Origin: Carcharhinus amblyrhynchos
Taxonomy: Eukaryota
Assembly: GCA_965287045.1 (NCBI GenBank)
Contig: OZ336881.1
Span: 18,848,001-18,912,000, forward strand
DNA: 64,000 nt
Direction of reading: 5' to 3'
In this document: positions 39,953-53,348 of the stretch, piece after piece
How positions within the stretch are numbered: the first letter of the stretch is position 1
Layout of the letters: every line of letters begins with the position of its first letter
Translations under genes and position numbers: made by a program
Notes under the pieces: generated by a model
Told to the model about the DNA's origin: nothing
Databases searched by the model: none
The model's input: the letters and a program-made list of their open reading frames with translations, nothing else

Positions 39953-42793
39953 GTATGTTGTAATTTTAATCATTATGGAGGGGTCCTTTCGTTTATGGTT
40001 CTAAGATTATTCTTGGCATCAGATTGTTTTCTATTCTTCAGTTCTCTGATGTAATTACCCTTAGTCATAAGAAAATCACCTTGGCACACATTGTTACTAT
40101 AGTTCCATATCTAAAAGGAGCATAAAATATCTGTCAGTGTCTAAATATTCTTATTTGACTTTATTCATGTTGTACAGAATTAATGACTAATATGTTTAAA
40201 TGTTGAATTTTACGATCTGCAGTTTGGTTAAATTAGGAACTATTAATTTGACGATATGAGCAGTTCAAATAGGAGCTGTGACAAAGGGATCGTACCCTAC
40301 CAGATTATTTTAAAGTAGCTTTTGCTCAGGTACAATTCCACGTAGATTGGACATACTCTGGTATCTCATCCAAATAATACTGTTTCACGTGTAAACTTAG
40401 ACTTCCACAAATGGCATTTTTAGAATCATCGAGTGGTTATAGCACTGAAGGAAGCTATTCTCCCCTAATCTCACTTCCCCTCCTTTTTGCCAAAGCTCTG
40501 CATTTTACTTTCTCTTTAGATAATTTTCCAATTCTCTAAAGTCTCAATTTAGATCTGTCTCTACCACACCCTCAGTGCATTCTACATCCTAAACACTTGC
40601 TATATTTCTTTCTCCTGTCATTGTTTCTTTTGCCAACCACATTAAATTGATGTTCTCTGAATGTTGTCTCAATGTTACTGCATTAAGTCATAGATAATTT
40701 TGTGACTTGAGTGGTAAATGGAACTGAACACTGCAAACATCAGCACTTCTAACCTTATAATGTAAAGGTCGTTGGTGAAGCATCAAGGACAGTGCTCCAA
40801 GAAACACCTGCAACAATGTCTTTGGGCTCAGATGTTTGACCTCCAGTAATCACAATCATCTTTGCTAAATGAGTCCACCCAATAGAAAGTTTCCCCCTGA
40901 TAGCCACTGAATTCAATTTTACTAGGGTTCTTAATGCCACACTCAGTCAAATGCTGCCTTGATGTCAAAAGTAGCTACTTACTGCTCAACTCTAGAATTC
41001 ACCTCTTTTGTTTCCATTATGGCCAAAGCTGTGTAATGGGATCTGCTGAGGTTTCTGGCAGAACACAAAATGAACATTAGTGTGAAAATTATTGATGAGT
41101 GCCTCTTGATAAAGGTGTTAGTGATTGGGAGTAAACTGATGGGGTTGTAGTTGACCAGATTAGACTTCGGTACAATTCTTTTTTGTAGCTAAGACAGACC
41201 TCTAATTTTCCATTTTCTGGTTGATACTGATGATATAATTGTGTTAGAACAGCTGTTCCAGAAATGTGACTATTTTGGAGCACAATCTTTTATCAACGAC
41301 AACCCATAGTGTTTTCTATATTCAGAGATTAAGCTATTTCTGAATGCATTTGTGATGCTGGGGAGAAGACAGAGATGGATTATTTGCTCAGCGTTTCTGG
41401 CTGAAAATAGTTACACAAATTCAGCCTCATCTTTTGTATTGATGATTGTGATGTTCCTCTTGTAGTTTAATTTTTCACCACCATTTTTGCCGTGACAGGC
41501 CTACAGAGCTTTGGATCTAATTCGTTGTTTATGGAAGCCCTCTGGTCTGTCTATAACATGCCACTTCTGCCTTTTATCATGCATTTAGCCCTGAGTTGTA
41601 GCTTCATCAGGCTGGTATCTCCTTTAGCTGTTTGATCTGGTGTTGTTCCTGACATGCTTTTTGATTATTATGTCCATGATTGAACTGGCAACATTTACGT
41701 GTTGCTGTTAGGCAAGCACAGAAACAAGTCCCTGCCAAAGCCACTGCACTTGAAAGAGGAAGATAGGATAACACAAGATCTGAAGAGCCCGTATGAATGG
41801 GTGTGTTCTAAAGAGCAGTAAGACCATGACAGCTTTCAGCCTCAGTCTGATAAGTAATATTCACACCACAAATGCCAGACAATTACCATCTCCAACAAAA
41901 GAGAATCTAACCGATTCTAATTTATGTTTAATAGCATTACTATTGCTGAATTCCCGCACCATCAAGTTACCATTGATCAGCAAGTTAACTGGACCAACCC
42001 CTTAAACACTGGCAGCAAGGGCAGGTCATAGGCTGAAAATGCTACAGTGAGTATCTCACCTCCTGACTCTCTACTTTTATTCATCATCTACAAGGCATAA
42101 GTTAGGACTGAGATTAAATTCTCTTCAGAGTATTTGAAAAATTGAAAAACAGAATCATACAGGTGGTGGAAATCTGAAGTAAAAACTGGAACTGCTGGAA
42201 ATATTAACAAGTCAGGCAGCATCTGTTTCTCTCTCTACAGTAGGTGCTTGAACTGCTGAGTGTTTCCAGCATTTCCTGTTTCATTTGAAATACTCCTCAC
42301 ACATCTGGATGAATGCAGCTCCAATAGCATTCAAGAAGCTTGTCCAAGATAAAGCAGTTCAATTGAGGAACACCACATTCACCACTCTACAACTTCAATC
42401 CCACAAGCACTGAATCATCTACAAGATGCACTGTAGCACCGCACTCACTCGACACACCTCTACCATCAGAAGAATAAGAACAGCAGGCGCATGAGAACAC
42501 CACACTTGCAAGTTTCCTTCCAAGTCCTATATCGTCTTGATTTGGGACTATATGATCCATTCCTTTACTGTCACTGGGTCGAAATCTTGTGACTCCCTCC
42601 CTAATAGTACTGAGTATAATGGCACCATATCCTGCCTCTCCTCTACCCCATAGTTTAGGACAGACAATAAATACTAGCCTTGCCAGTGACACTCACATCC
42701 CACGAACAAATATTTTTTAAAAAATAAAGGCAAAAAACCTAGAGCAAAAGGACAAAGCTAAAAAATCATATTTACTTTTTCTTTCCTCAACAG

Positions 42794-42884
42794 ATATGAT
42801 CGTTTATTGCGAATTCGATCACTGAGGTGGGAATATGGAAGTGTTCTGCCATCAGGAATTCGGTTCCATTTCGCTGCTGAGGAG
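42794..42884 (+). CDS. GINS1: GINS1 exon 4 ([30 protein letters not shown])
   Basis: Acceptor ctcaacag|, donor GAG|gtacaa, 91 nt. Confidence 0.97.
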
Positions 42885-43206
42885 GTACAATTGCTTTAAA
42901 ACAGAACGTAGAGCATCTAAACTGTGTGAATGAGGAAAAACCTGTTAGTCTGTCCAGCCCTGTCCTCCGAGGTTCTTTTAGTGTAGACTATATCCATACT
43001 CATGCTCAAGTCTCAGTCACTGATCACCCTTATGCTCTCTGACGTACATTGGCTCGTGGCCAACAACACCTTGACTTTAAAATTCTCAACTTTGTTTTCA
43101 AATCCCTCCATATCTCAGGGGAAGAGTCCTCAAGCTGAACCACCCTTAAAGCTTTCTCCATCCCTTCAATTCTGGCCTTTATTACCATTATTTTTCACTT
43201 CATGTT

Positions 43207-45160
43207 ACTAGAGAGGTAGTGCTTGGTAGACTAACAGGACTGAAGGTAGACAAGTCCCCAGGACCAGATGGAATGCATCCCAGGGTTCTGAAAGAAATGG
43301 CAGATATAATAGCAGGTGCGTTAGTAAGTATTTATCAAAATTCGCTGGACTCTGGGGAAGTGCCAGCGGATTGGAAAACAGCTACTGTTACGCTGCTGTT
43401 TAAAAAAGGTAGCAGACAAAAGGTGGGTAACTACAGGCCAGTGAACTTAACGTCCATAGTTGGAAAAATGCTAGAATCCATCATTAAAGAAGAAATAGCA
43501 GGACATCTAGAAAAGAACGGTTCGATCAAACAGATGCAGCACAGATTCGTGAAGGGAAGTTGCGTTTAACGAATTTACTGGATTTTTATGAAGATGTGAC
43601 TAGTGCGGTAGACAGAGGGGAACTGGTGGATGTGGTGTTTTTAGATTTCCAGAAGGCGTTCGATAAGATGCCTCACAAAAGGTTGCTGCAGAAGGTTAGG
43701 GTACACGGAGTTGGGGGTAAAGTGTTAGCGTGGATTGAGGATTGGCTATCTAACAGGAAGTAGAGAGTTGGAATCAATGGGTGCTTTTCTGATTGGCAGA
43801 TGGTGACTAGTGGCGTGCCGCAGGGATCGGTGCTGGGGCCTCAACTGTTTACCATATACATAGACGATCTGGAGGAGGGGGCTGAGTGTAGGGTAACAAA
43901 ATTTGCTGATGAACAAAGATGGGTGGAAAAGCGAATTGCGTGGAGGATGCGGAAAATCTGCAGAGAGATCTGGATAGGCTGAGTGAGTGGGCGAGGGCCT
44001 GGCAGATGGACTATAATGTTAGCAAATGTGAGGTTATCCACTTTGGTAGAAATAATAGTAGGAAGGAATATTATTTAAATGGTGAAAGTTGCTGCATGCT
44101 ACTGTGCAGAGGGACCTGGGGGTCCTTGTGCGGCACGGTAGCACAGTGGTTAGTACTGCTGCTTCACAGCTCCAGGGTCCTGGGTTCGATTCCTGGCTCG
44201 GGTCACTGTCTGTGTGGAGTTTGCACATTCTCCTCGTGTCTGCATGGGTTTCCTCCGGGTGCTCCGGTTTCCTCCCACAGTCCAAAGATGTGCGGGTTAG
44301 GTTGATTGGCCATGCTAAAATTGCCCCTTAGTGTCCTGGGATGTGTAGGTTCGAGGGATTAGTGGGTAAATGTGTAGGGATATGGGGATAGGGCCTGGGT
44401 GGGATTGTGGTCGGTGCAGATTTGATGGGCCGAAGGGCCTCTTTCTGCATTGTAGGGTTCTATGTTGTGCACGAATTGCAAAAACTCAGTCTGCAGGTGA
44501 TCAAGAAAGCGAATGGAATGTTGGCCTTTATCGTGAGGGAGATGGAATATGAAAGCAGGGATGTCTTGCTGCAACTGTACAAGGCACTGGTGAGGTCGCA
44601 ACTGGAGTACTGTGTGCAGTTTTTGTCTCCTTATTTGCGAAAGGATATATTGGCCTTGGAGGGAGTACAGAGAAGGTTCACCAGGCTGAAACCAGAGATG
44701 AGGGGTTAGCTTATGAGGAGAGATTGAATAGACTGGGCCTGTACTCGTTGGAGTTTAGAAGGCTGAGGGGGGATCTTATAGAGACTTACAAGATAATGAA
44801 GGGGCTAGATAGGGTAGAGGTAGAGAGATTCTTTCTGCTTAGAAAGGAAACCAGAACTAGAGGGCACAGCCTCAAAATAAGGTGGGGGGGGGGCCAGTTT
44901 AGTACAGAGTTGAGGAGGAACTTCTTCACTCAAAGGGTGGTGAATCTCTGGAATTCTCTGCCCATTGAAGTGGTGGAGGCTACCTCGTTGAATATATTTA
45001 AGTCACGGGTAGATAGATTTCTGATAGACAAGGGAATTAAGGGTTATGGGGAGCAGGCGGGAAAGTGGAACTGATCCACTTTAGATCAACCATGATCTTA
45101 TTGAATGGCGGGGCAGCCTCGAAGGGCTAGATGGCCTACTCCTGCTCTTATTTCTTATGA
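43207..45160 (+). mobile_element. CR1-clade LINE, degraded, interrupted by a SINE
   Basis: Frameshifted ORFs 43219-45074 with the same RT motifs; 3' tail at about 45160. Confidence 0.93.
44132..44464 (+). mobile_element. HE1-type tRNA-derived SINE nested in CR1
   Basis: A box (ggtagcacagtgg), B box (ggttcgattcc), CR1-like tail; TSD TTGTGC at 44126-44131 and 44465-44470. Confidence 0.9.
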
Positions 45161-45766
45161 TTAAGCTGCTGAGACTCAAAGCTGTACAATTCCTTCCTGA
45201 ACCTTTCCACCTCTCAACCTCTTGTGTCTCCATTAATACACTTTAAAACTTGGACCAAGCTTTTAATCACTTGTCCTAATATCATAGAATCCTCTACAGC
45301 ACAGAGGAAGGCATTCAGTCCATCAAGACTATGCATTCCGTGGAGCAATCCAGTCTGTCCTATTCCACCTCCACCTCCTGAAGCTACCTGAGATGCAAGC
45401 CATTCAGCCCAGGTGACTCATCCACTATGAGCCTTTGTGCCTCTCTATTTTCACTCCATCTACCATCTCCACTTTGACTGGTGACTTGTCAGATTCTTTT
45501 GGGGATCTGAGTATACATGCTGCTCTTAGCAACGATAAGCCCTTCTCAAGAATGAATTGCATGACCATCAACAAAAGCTAGTGGCAGAAAACAAAACTTT
45601 TGGATTTTTTTTGCTTTAACAAGTAAAATATTCAAATATTAGTTTGTGAGGATTCTCAAAGGAAAGGATTCACTGTGGTTTTCCTGAGATTTTCTGCTCA
45701 GCTGTGCTATTCCTACAATTATTCCGTTTTAGGAGTTCATTAGTTTTGATTCTTTTTTCACTGCAG

Positions 45767-45883
45767 ACGGAATGGTTCAACCAGTACAAAAAGTCGCTTG
45801 CCACATACATGAGGTCCATTGGTGGTGAAGAAGGGCTCGACATAACTCAAGATATGAAACCTCCAAAAAGTCTATTTATTGAA
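45767..45883 (+). CDS. GINS1: GINS1 exon 5 ([39 protein letters not shown])
   Basis: Acceptor ttcactgcag|, donor |gtaagt, 117 nt; visible within ORF 45704-45955. Confidence 0.97.
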
Positions 45884-47288
45884 GTAAGTTGTAATTTGAG
45901 TTTCGTGACCAGCACACACTGGTCAACCATGGATATTTATGAACATGTGAAATAATATGCCTGATCTCCACATTACTATTTACCCGTGGTGATCTTTGAT
46001 TCACTTAACAAGAATCTGTCTGACTCCGTCTTAAAAATATTCAATGCTCTCCACCTCCACTGCTTTCCAAGGCAGTTCCAGATTCGTACAACACTCAAGG
46101 AACAAAAAATTCTCATAATCTTTATCCAAAAAGGCTGCTAATTTTACAAGGGTGCCCCTGCATTCTGGACTCCCCCACAAAAGGAAACACTACATTTGAC
46201 CATTGTCTCCTGAAGAAGTTTGCTTGATAGATCATCTTATTTTGGATATTAGAATTGGATATCTGTTGCCTAGTCAACTGGTTAATCAAAACTTCTAATT
46301 AATCTGTGTGAATAAGTGACAGTATCATTTTTTACGGCTTTGTTACTTTGAATGTGATTCTGAAAATGAGACAACTTCTGGAAGAAAAACTCTTGGGTCC
46401 ATTGTCATTTCTATATTGTTTCAATTCAAAGCAGATGGGATTCCTGCCACATCCTTAATATTTAAGATAACCTAAATATGCACTTTAATATGATGCTTCA
46501 GATTTTACAGCTTAAGCATATTAACTTTCACTTGTTCCCGAGGTCTCCAAATGTTACATAAATGTTTGTGGATCAGTTGATAGGTGACTTAATCTAAGTC
46601 TTTGCTCCAGCTAATCTATGTTATTTATGCTCCTATCAATGCATACTGTCAGGCTCATGCCCAGTGTCTCCTTACTCTGGCATGGCCAAGATCGATAACT
46701 CACCAGACAGTTATGAACCATTTTCCTGTGTAATAGCATTTTCTCCACCTTGTATGTTTAATGGGGATAATGATTTTAGGCAGCCATCAATTGATATATT
46801 TTGTTTCTTTTTTAGATTTTCTTTTTAATAAAACTACTTCAATAACAAAAAGCAAGAAAACCTGCAGATCACTTATCACTTGTTCAACCATTACTTCTAT
46901 GCTCAAGGACCTGTAGTGGCCTAGCCCAGCATCACTCAATTCATCTTCCTCCCTATCTCTATTATCCTGTTCGGTCCTCTGGGCATCCTGACTGCTTGTG
47001 TGTCTCAGATTTTCTTCACCCACTGGTGCCAGATGTGGTACCAGCTGCCTAGGCTCAGAAATTCTGGCCATAAGCTTCTTTCCCTCTCTTCTTTAAGACA
47101 CTCGTTCCAAATTATCTCTTCAATCCAAGCTTTTGGTTGCCTGTCCTAACATATCCTTATGTAGTAAGGTTTTTATTTGTTTAGTAATTGTTCTTGTGCA
47201 GTACATAGGACCTTTTGACGATGTTAAAGGTCGTATATAAATGCAAATTATCATAATGCATTTTGTGGATTTTCCTTCCCACCTCTAG

Positions 47289-47363
47289 GTAAGGTGTTTG
47301 AAAGATTACGGTGAATATGAAATTGATGATGGTACTACAGTGCTCCTGAAAAAAAACAGTCAG
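47289..47363 (+). CDS. GINS1: GINS1 exon 6 ([25 protein letters not shown])
   Basis: Acceptor cctctag|, donor CAG|gtaaaa, 75 nt. Confidence 0.96.
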
Positions 47364-48432
47364 GTAAAACTTGACACTGCTTTTTGCAAATCTTGCTCTG
47401 AAAATTCCTTCTATCCTTCCAGCACAGATAATTTTTGAAATAAGATGATCCGTGAATGTTTAAAAAGTATTTAAAGCAACTTCTGCAAAGTATTTAAGAC
47501 ACATTTGAAGGCTACTTCCATTTTCTACCTCTCTGCTTAAAACAAATCACCTTTATCTGAGTCCCCAAAATATATCAGTGTAAGGAATGGGAAATACTTT
47601 TCTTTCTGGCACTCAGTCAGATCAGTAAAGCTCTTCCTCATCCATCTCAACATTAACATTCTCCACTGCACCACTGAGAATATTCACGTCTGGATCTATC
47701 ATTCTAGCAACCATAATTGTAAAATTTACACATTTAGTTCCGCTAACGCCACTCACAGTTAAGATCTTTTTGGACAGTCAAAACACAATATTTAACCACT
47801 AGAGGTCCTTCTGTATACGTCTATGCTCTCAATTCTCCTGATTCTTGGGGCTGAATTTTGAGGCATTGGTAACTGGTGGGCAGGCTGACAAAATGGTATG
47901 GGAAGGCAATGAGTGGCTTGCCTATTGCCTTCCTGTCACCATACCATTGCACCACCACACCATTTTACCAACAGTGGGGAAAAGTGGCAGACAGCCTGCT
48001 TATGCTGACCTAATTGAGCCACTTAAGTGGTCAGTTAAATCCACCCCTTCCTCCACCCCTCCAATCTCCAGTGGCATTTTACTAATGATTGGGATAGGTG
48101 GGGGGGCATTGTTGTGTTGACAGACCATCAGTTAAAACCTGGCAGGGCCCTTCAACCACAACAGATCATTTCACCTCATCATGCAATCTCACCCTCAGTA
48201 TTGGTGACCTAACTTCATTATTTCAGATGTTCCTATCTGCCTACAATCACCAAAGGACATGGCTTAATTAAAAGGTAGATGATTGCCTTTTATATTCACT
48301 GCACCCTAGATAAAAGTCGATACATTCTTAAGACAAAAGCCAAGAATTTAGCTTACTCTGTGTCCATCATGTCTCACACCAGAAATAAATATTTCTAAAA
48401 TCAGTAATCTTTGGCCTTTTGTTTTCTTTCAG

Positions 48433-48501
48433 CATTTTATGCCCAGGTGGAAATGTGAACAGTTAATTCGTCAAGGAATCTTGGAACACGTGCTGTCATG
48501 A
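48433..48501 (+). CDS. GINS1: GINS1 exon 7, terminal coding ([22 protein letters not shown])
   Basis: Acceptor ttctttcag|, TGA at 48499-48501; exon sum 75+65+99+91+117+75+69=591 nt = 196 aa + stop. Confidence 0.97.
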   Translation, partial: HFMPRWKCEQLIRQGILEHVLS

Positions 48502-49146
48502 GAGTGTCAGTTTAAAGAAAATGATCATTGCTTTCTATGGGTTACTTTTATTGCTTGGACTTGTAGATTTTTGCTAAAGTATGATTTGGCTGTGAGCTTT
48601 GCTAACTTGACAGCAAGTTGAAAAATTCTTCAGCTGTTGGTTTAAAGTACACGGATTCTCCTCTTCCATTAAGAAACATTAACTTTCATAGAAATGTTCA
48701 CGAGGTTTTTGTTTTTGGGAGCGCTCAAGAGAACTAACCTTGTAGGTGTTAAACAAATCAGGAATAAGAAACTGATCAGCGATTTGCCATTTATTTTCTA
48801 CTTTACAGACCAGCTGGGTCTTTACCACATGATTGTAGTAACTGATAATGAAAGGAATTTTGGATGTTTACAAAAGGTGCAAAGGAAAATCATGCTGTGA
48901 CTATGGACTCAGCTGTGGTCTTCCATTGCTGTATGGACTGATCTGTGTGATCTAAAGTGAGATTATGAACCAGCTAGAATTTAACTGATCGAACCCGCAT
49001 TTGTACAGCAGGGGAGTGGAAGTGAGTAAGTGAACTTTGAATGTTTAGACAAATACATTTTAATTCAAATCAATACAATTAATCTGTGCATAACATTTTT
49101 AGATTTTATAAAAAGGTTTATCAAAATAGTATATCAAAGCCAGTTA

Positions 49147-49152
49147 AATAAA
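49147..49152 (+). terminator. Candidate GINS1 polyadenylation signal AATAAA
   Basis: First AATAAA I found downstream of the GINS1 stop, about 650 nt after it. Confidence 0.45.
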
Positions 49153-49350
49153 ACTTGGTTTCTGCACAGCAGGGTCAGCTTTACAAATTGTCTCATCTTC
49201 AAATAATTGAACATTTATACAAATCTTGTATCAAAACTACATTTTATACATTATATAACAGCAATGATTTTAGAAAAAAAATTACAGAAGATCTCATACA
49301 CAATGTAGCCCATGACAATTTAGGAAATGAAAAAAATTAACATTAAATTA

Positions 49351-49356
49351 TTTATT
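49351..49356 (-). terminator. Candidate NINL polyadenylation signal AATAAA (minus strand)
   Basis: TTTATT on the plus strand about 1.16 kb past the NINL stop; an alternative ATTAAA lies at 49059-49064. Confidence 0.4.
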
Positions 49357-50516
49357 CCCTTGAAAAACATTGAAGTTGCTCCTCAAAATTATGCATCATA
49401 TACACATTAACTTCGTCAGGTTCTGCACTGGGGACATTAGTAAAATCCTGATTGCGTAATCAGTTAAGGACGGTTGCTGTCACCATTATCAATAGTTGTG
49501 ACATAAAACCTCATATCCGTCAGGCTGCTTTCAAGATTAGGGGAAAACAGGGAATCAATGTATAGTAGATGTCCTACCCAGCAGTAGAGTTAGTTCTTAG
49601 ATCAGGGATGTACAAAGATTTGGACCAGTGGATTGTACATTCATTTAAAAACTAGTGCTTGCATGTCTTTTGAAGAGGCATGACCTTCAGGGCTACAGAC
49701 CTGGTGCAGGAAGGTGGAATTAGGCTTGGTAATTTCATGTTCATCTGCACAGACACTTGGCTTGGTAATTTCATGTTCATCTGTATAGACACTGGCCTCT
49801 CTCTCATATACAGCAAGTGAACTGCTTCTGATTGTCAGTCAAAATCATGGTTAAACAGTAGATCTGTTTCCTAATCTGTGCTTCCTCATTCAACTTCCCC
49901 ATCTTAATTTCTAATGTCTCCCTTTCCACATCAGACTTCCTTCACTTTTTGTTTTCTCAGGCTCCTGCTTGTGAAAAGTAGAGAGAAATAAAGAATCTGG
50001 GCAGATTAAAAACAGCAACATTGATGTGTACGCAAGTTGGAGTCAGAAATATCAGTGAGCTACTACTCTCTTTCTTACTTCAGTGGAAATTAAATTGGTG
50101 TTTTCCTCTCATCCCACATTTTAATACACGTCTGTACAGTTTTTCTCTTCAGTACAAATCATAACCTACAGGAGAGAAGGGATAAAAAGGTTTTGTAGGT
50201 CCTTGCCCTCTTTTTAGGTGAAAAGAAATGGGTGAGCATTGCAAGATCGAGAGAAAAAAATATCCTACAGAATATCAAGAACTTGATTGTTCAGCTGATT
50301 ACTTCCTGATCTTTCCATAAGTAATAACATTGGAATGAAACATTATATAATGTTGCCTAAAAGTAAATATTGCAAGATTCTGCAGATGCTGAAAATCTGA
50401 AATAAAAGCTGTGTGGCAGCACTCAATTGATCTGGCAGCATCTGGAGAGTGAAACAGTTAATGTTTCAGATCGATGACCTTTAAAATGATCCTGCAGCAG
50501 TAATGTTTGGACACTG

Positions 50517-50726
<210 letters not shown>

Positions 50727-51636
50727 TTAACCTCTTACAATGAAATATATCCATTTATATAGCACCTTTAACATTATAAAACATCCAAAGATGCTTCATA
50801 GGAGCTGTACAGACAGAGGTCACTATTAGGGCAAGTGTCCAAAAGCTTAGTTATTAAAGTAGTAGGTTTTAAAGAATGTCTTACAGGAGGAGAAATTTCA
50901 AGAGGCAATTCTAGACCTTGGACTCCTGGTAACATAACTGCCAAAGTAGAGCAATAAAATTCTGGGATGTGCAAAAGGCCAGAATAGGGGGAAGCTTAGA
51001 TTTAAAGGTTTTGGACTGAAAGAGGTTACCAAGCTGAATGGGTTGCGTTCAAAGGAATTTGATAACAGATGAGAATTTTTAAAAATAAGAAACTTCCAAA
51101 AAAGCAGTCAATGGAGGTCAGCAATCCTTAACGAATAGTGTACCCACCACAAATCACCCAAACAAATGTGCGAGTTTATTACAGCAGAGTCATTGCAACA
51201 GTTTTGAGAAGTGTGTGCCAATTTGGGAAACAACCAAATGATTGCAACTCACCACCTCAATAAAAAAAAGCCTCTTTGTAAATCTACACTAAAGCCAAGA
51301 AGCTTATTCACTTTATCTTAGCCTGTAAATGCTGCATTTGAAATCATTGAAAATGTACAGGTCTGAAGCACATTGTGTATGAAAGCAAATGTTTTATCTT
51401 AGTCTATTTCTGTTCACATCTCTAGAGATTCCTGCAGCACTGTGGGCGTACCTATACCACATGGACTGCAGTGGTTCAAGAAGACAACTCACCACCTTCA
51501 AGGGCAGTTAGGGTTGGGAATGAATGTTGGCCTAGCCAGTGATACCCATATCTCCTGAATGAATAAAAATAATCTATGGCGATGGTTTATGACTTGTACC
51601 AATGTTATGTTAACGCCGTACTCTGCAACTACTTAC

Positions 51637-51750
51637 CTGTACTTTCAGTTGGTTCACCTTATCTTGAAGCATCATTCGTACATTTTTTAGTTTCTGTTCA
51701 ACCTCGTCCATCCTTTCCTCCATTCGCTTGAGTAGTTTCTTGTACTCCTC
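51637..51750 (-). CDS. NINL: NINL penultimate coding exon (EEYKKLLKRMEERMDEVEQKLKNVRMMLQDKVNQLKVQ)
   Basis: Acceptor ttttag|, donor CAG|gtaagt, 114 nt; ninein-family MEERM.EVEQKLK...LQ.KVNQLK motif. Confidence 0.93.
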
Positions 51751-53348
51751 CTAAAATGGAGGATAGTTATTTATCTCAGTCAAAATGGGAACATAAACAT
51801 TTTACAATTAATCTGGAAATTAATATAGGAAATGCAGTTGAACATTGACACTTTAGAACCATACAGTATGAGGCCATTCAACTCATTGTGTCCTTGCTGG
51901 CTTTTTGAAAGGAATTCAATTAGTTTTTTTCAAATATATTCAAATTCCCTTTTGAAAATAATTGAATCTGCTTCCAATCCAACTTCAGGAATTGCATTCC
52001 AAATTTCTGCAGAAAAAAACTCATCTCCCCTCTACATCTTTTTACAATTATCTTATATCGGCCTTGGATTAACAACTTTCTTGCTATTTGAAACAGTTTC
52101 TCCCATCATCAAAAGCCTTCGGTATTTTAGAAAACTTATTAAATCTTTAATATTCTCTGATCTCTCCAAGTCATTGAAGTCCATCATCCTTCACACCATT
52201 CCAATTGAGAAAGGGCTCCTACCTACACATCAGAAAATGACAGTTCTTCATTTCATTTCCACACAGCCCAATTAAAACAGCAAAATTTTGTCTATTGGAA
52301 ATTGGTGGAATTGATTGGCAGACAGCCTTGCAACTCAGACCTTCGTGGAACAGAAAGTGCTAATTTGTATTATGTGCCTCATAGCAAAGCAATTAGGGTA
52401 GCACAGTGGTTAACACTGTTGCCTCACAGTGCCAGGGACCCGGGTTCAATTCCTTGGGCAACTATGGATTTTGCATTTCTCCCTGTGTCTGCGTGGGTTT
52501 CCTTTCAAGTCCAAAGATGTGCAGGTTAGGTAGATCGGCCATGCTAAATTGTCCCTTGGAGTCCCAAAATGTGTAGGCTAGAGGGATTGGAGGGGTAAAA
52601 TATGTAGGGCGACAAGGATAGGGACTGGGTAAGATGCTCTGCCCATTAGTTGGTCTAGACTCAGAGGGCCAAATATTCTCTTCTGCAGTGTAGGGATTCC
52701 ATGAATTTACTCCTTGGACTGTACAATCTGTATTCAACAATAAAACAAGTTACACAAACTGCATTTGTATTGCCTTTAACATTTTAAAACAAAATGTGAA
52801 ATTGAGCCATGTACAAAGATACTAGTGAAAGTTAGCTTTTAAGAAGGGCATAGAGAGCTGAAGGTATGGCTGCTAATAATCAGGAGAAAGACATTGGGGT
52901 GCATATTTGAGCAGAACTGGATAAATGCAGAGATCACAGGATTGTCGGGTTGGAAATTTATAAAGATGAGGGAGTGGTGTGGCAATGGAGGGATTTAAAC
53001 ACAAGGATGAGAATTCTAAATTTGAGGCATTGCTGACCTGGAACTCTATATAAGTCAGCAAGCATAGGGGTAATAGATGAATTTGCACCAAGTTCCACTC
53101 ACCTTTCGCTCCTGCTACGCTGTTTAGTACCTTAATTTCTTTTCATCTGCACATTAAAATCCCTCCATGGCCCTTCTCCCTATTTGTAACCTGATCCAGT
53201 ACTTCCACCATTGAGTTATGCCTTCAGACATCTAGGCTCGATAATTACTTCCAAAAATCTATACCGTTCCTCTTTAAAAACATTCCTTACAACCTGTTTG
53301 TTAACTTGGCTTGATAATCCCTCCTAATTTCTGTTTGTTTGGATTGGT

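Noticed and set aside
44132-44200. tRNA genes
   Set aside because: A/B boxes belong to SINE heads followed by SINE bodies and tails.
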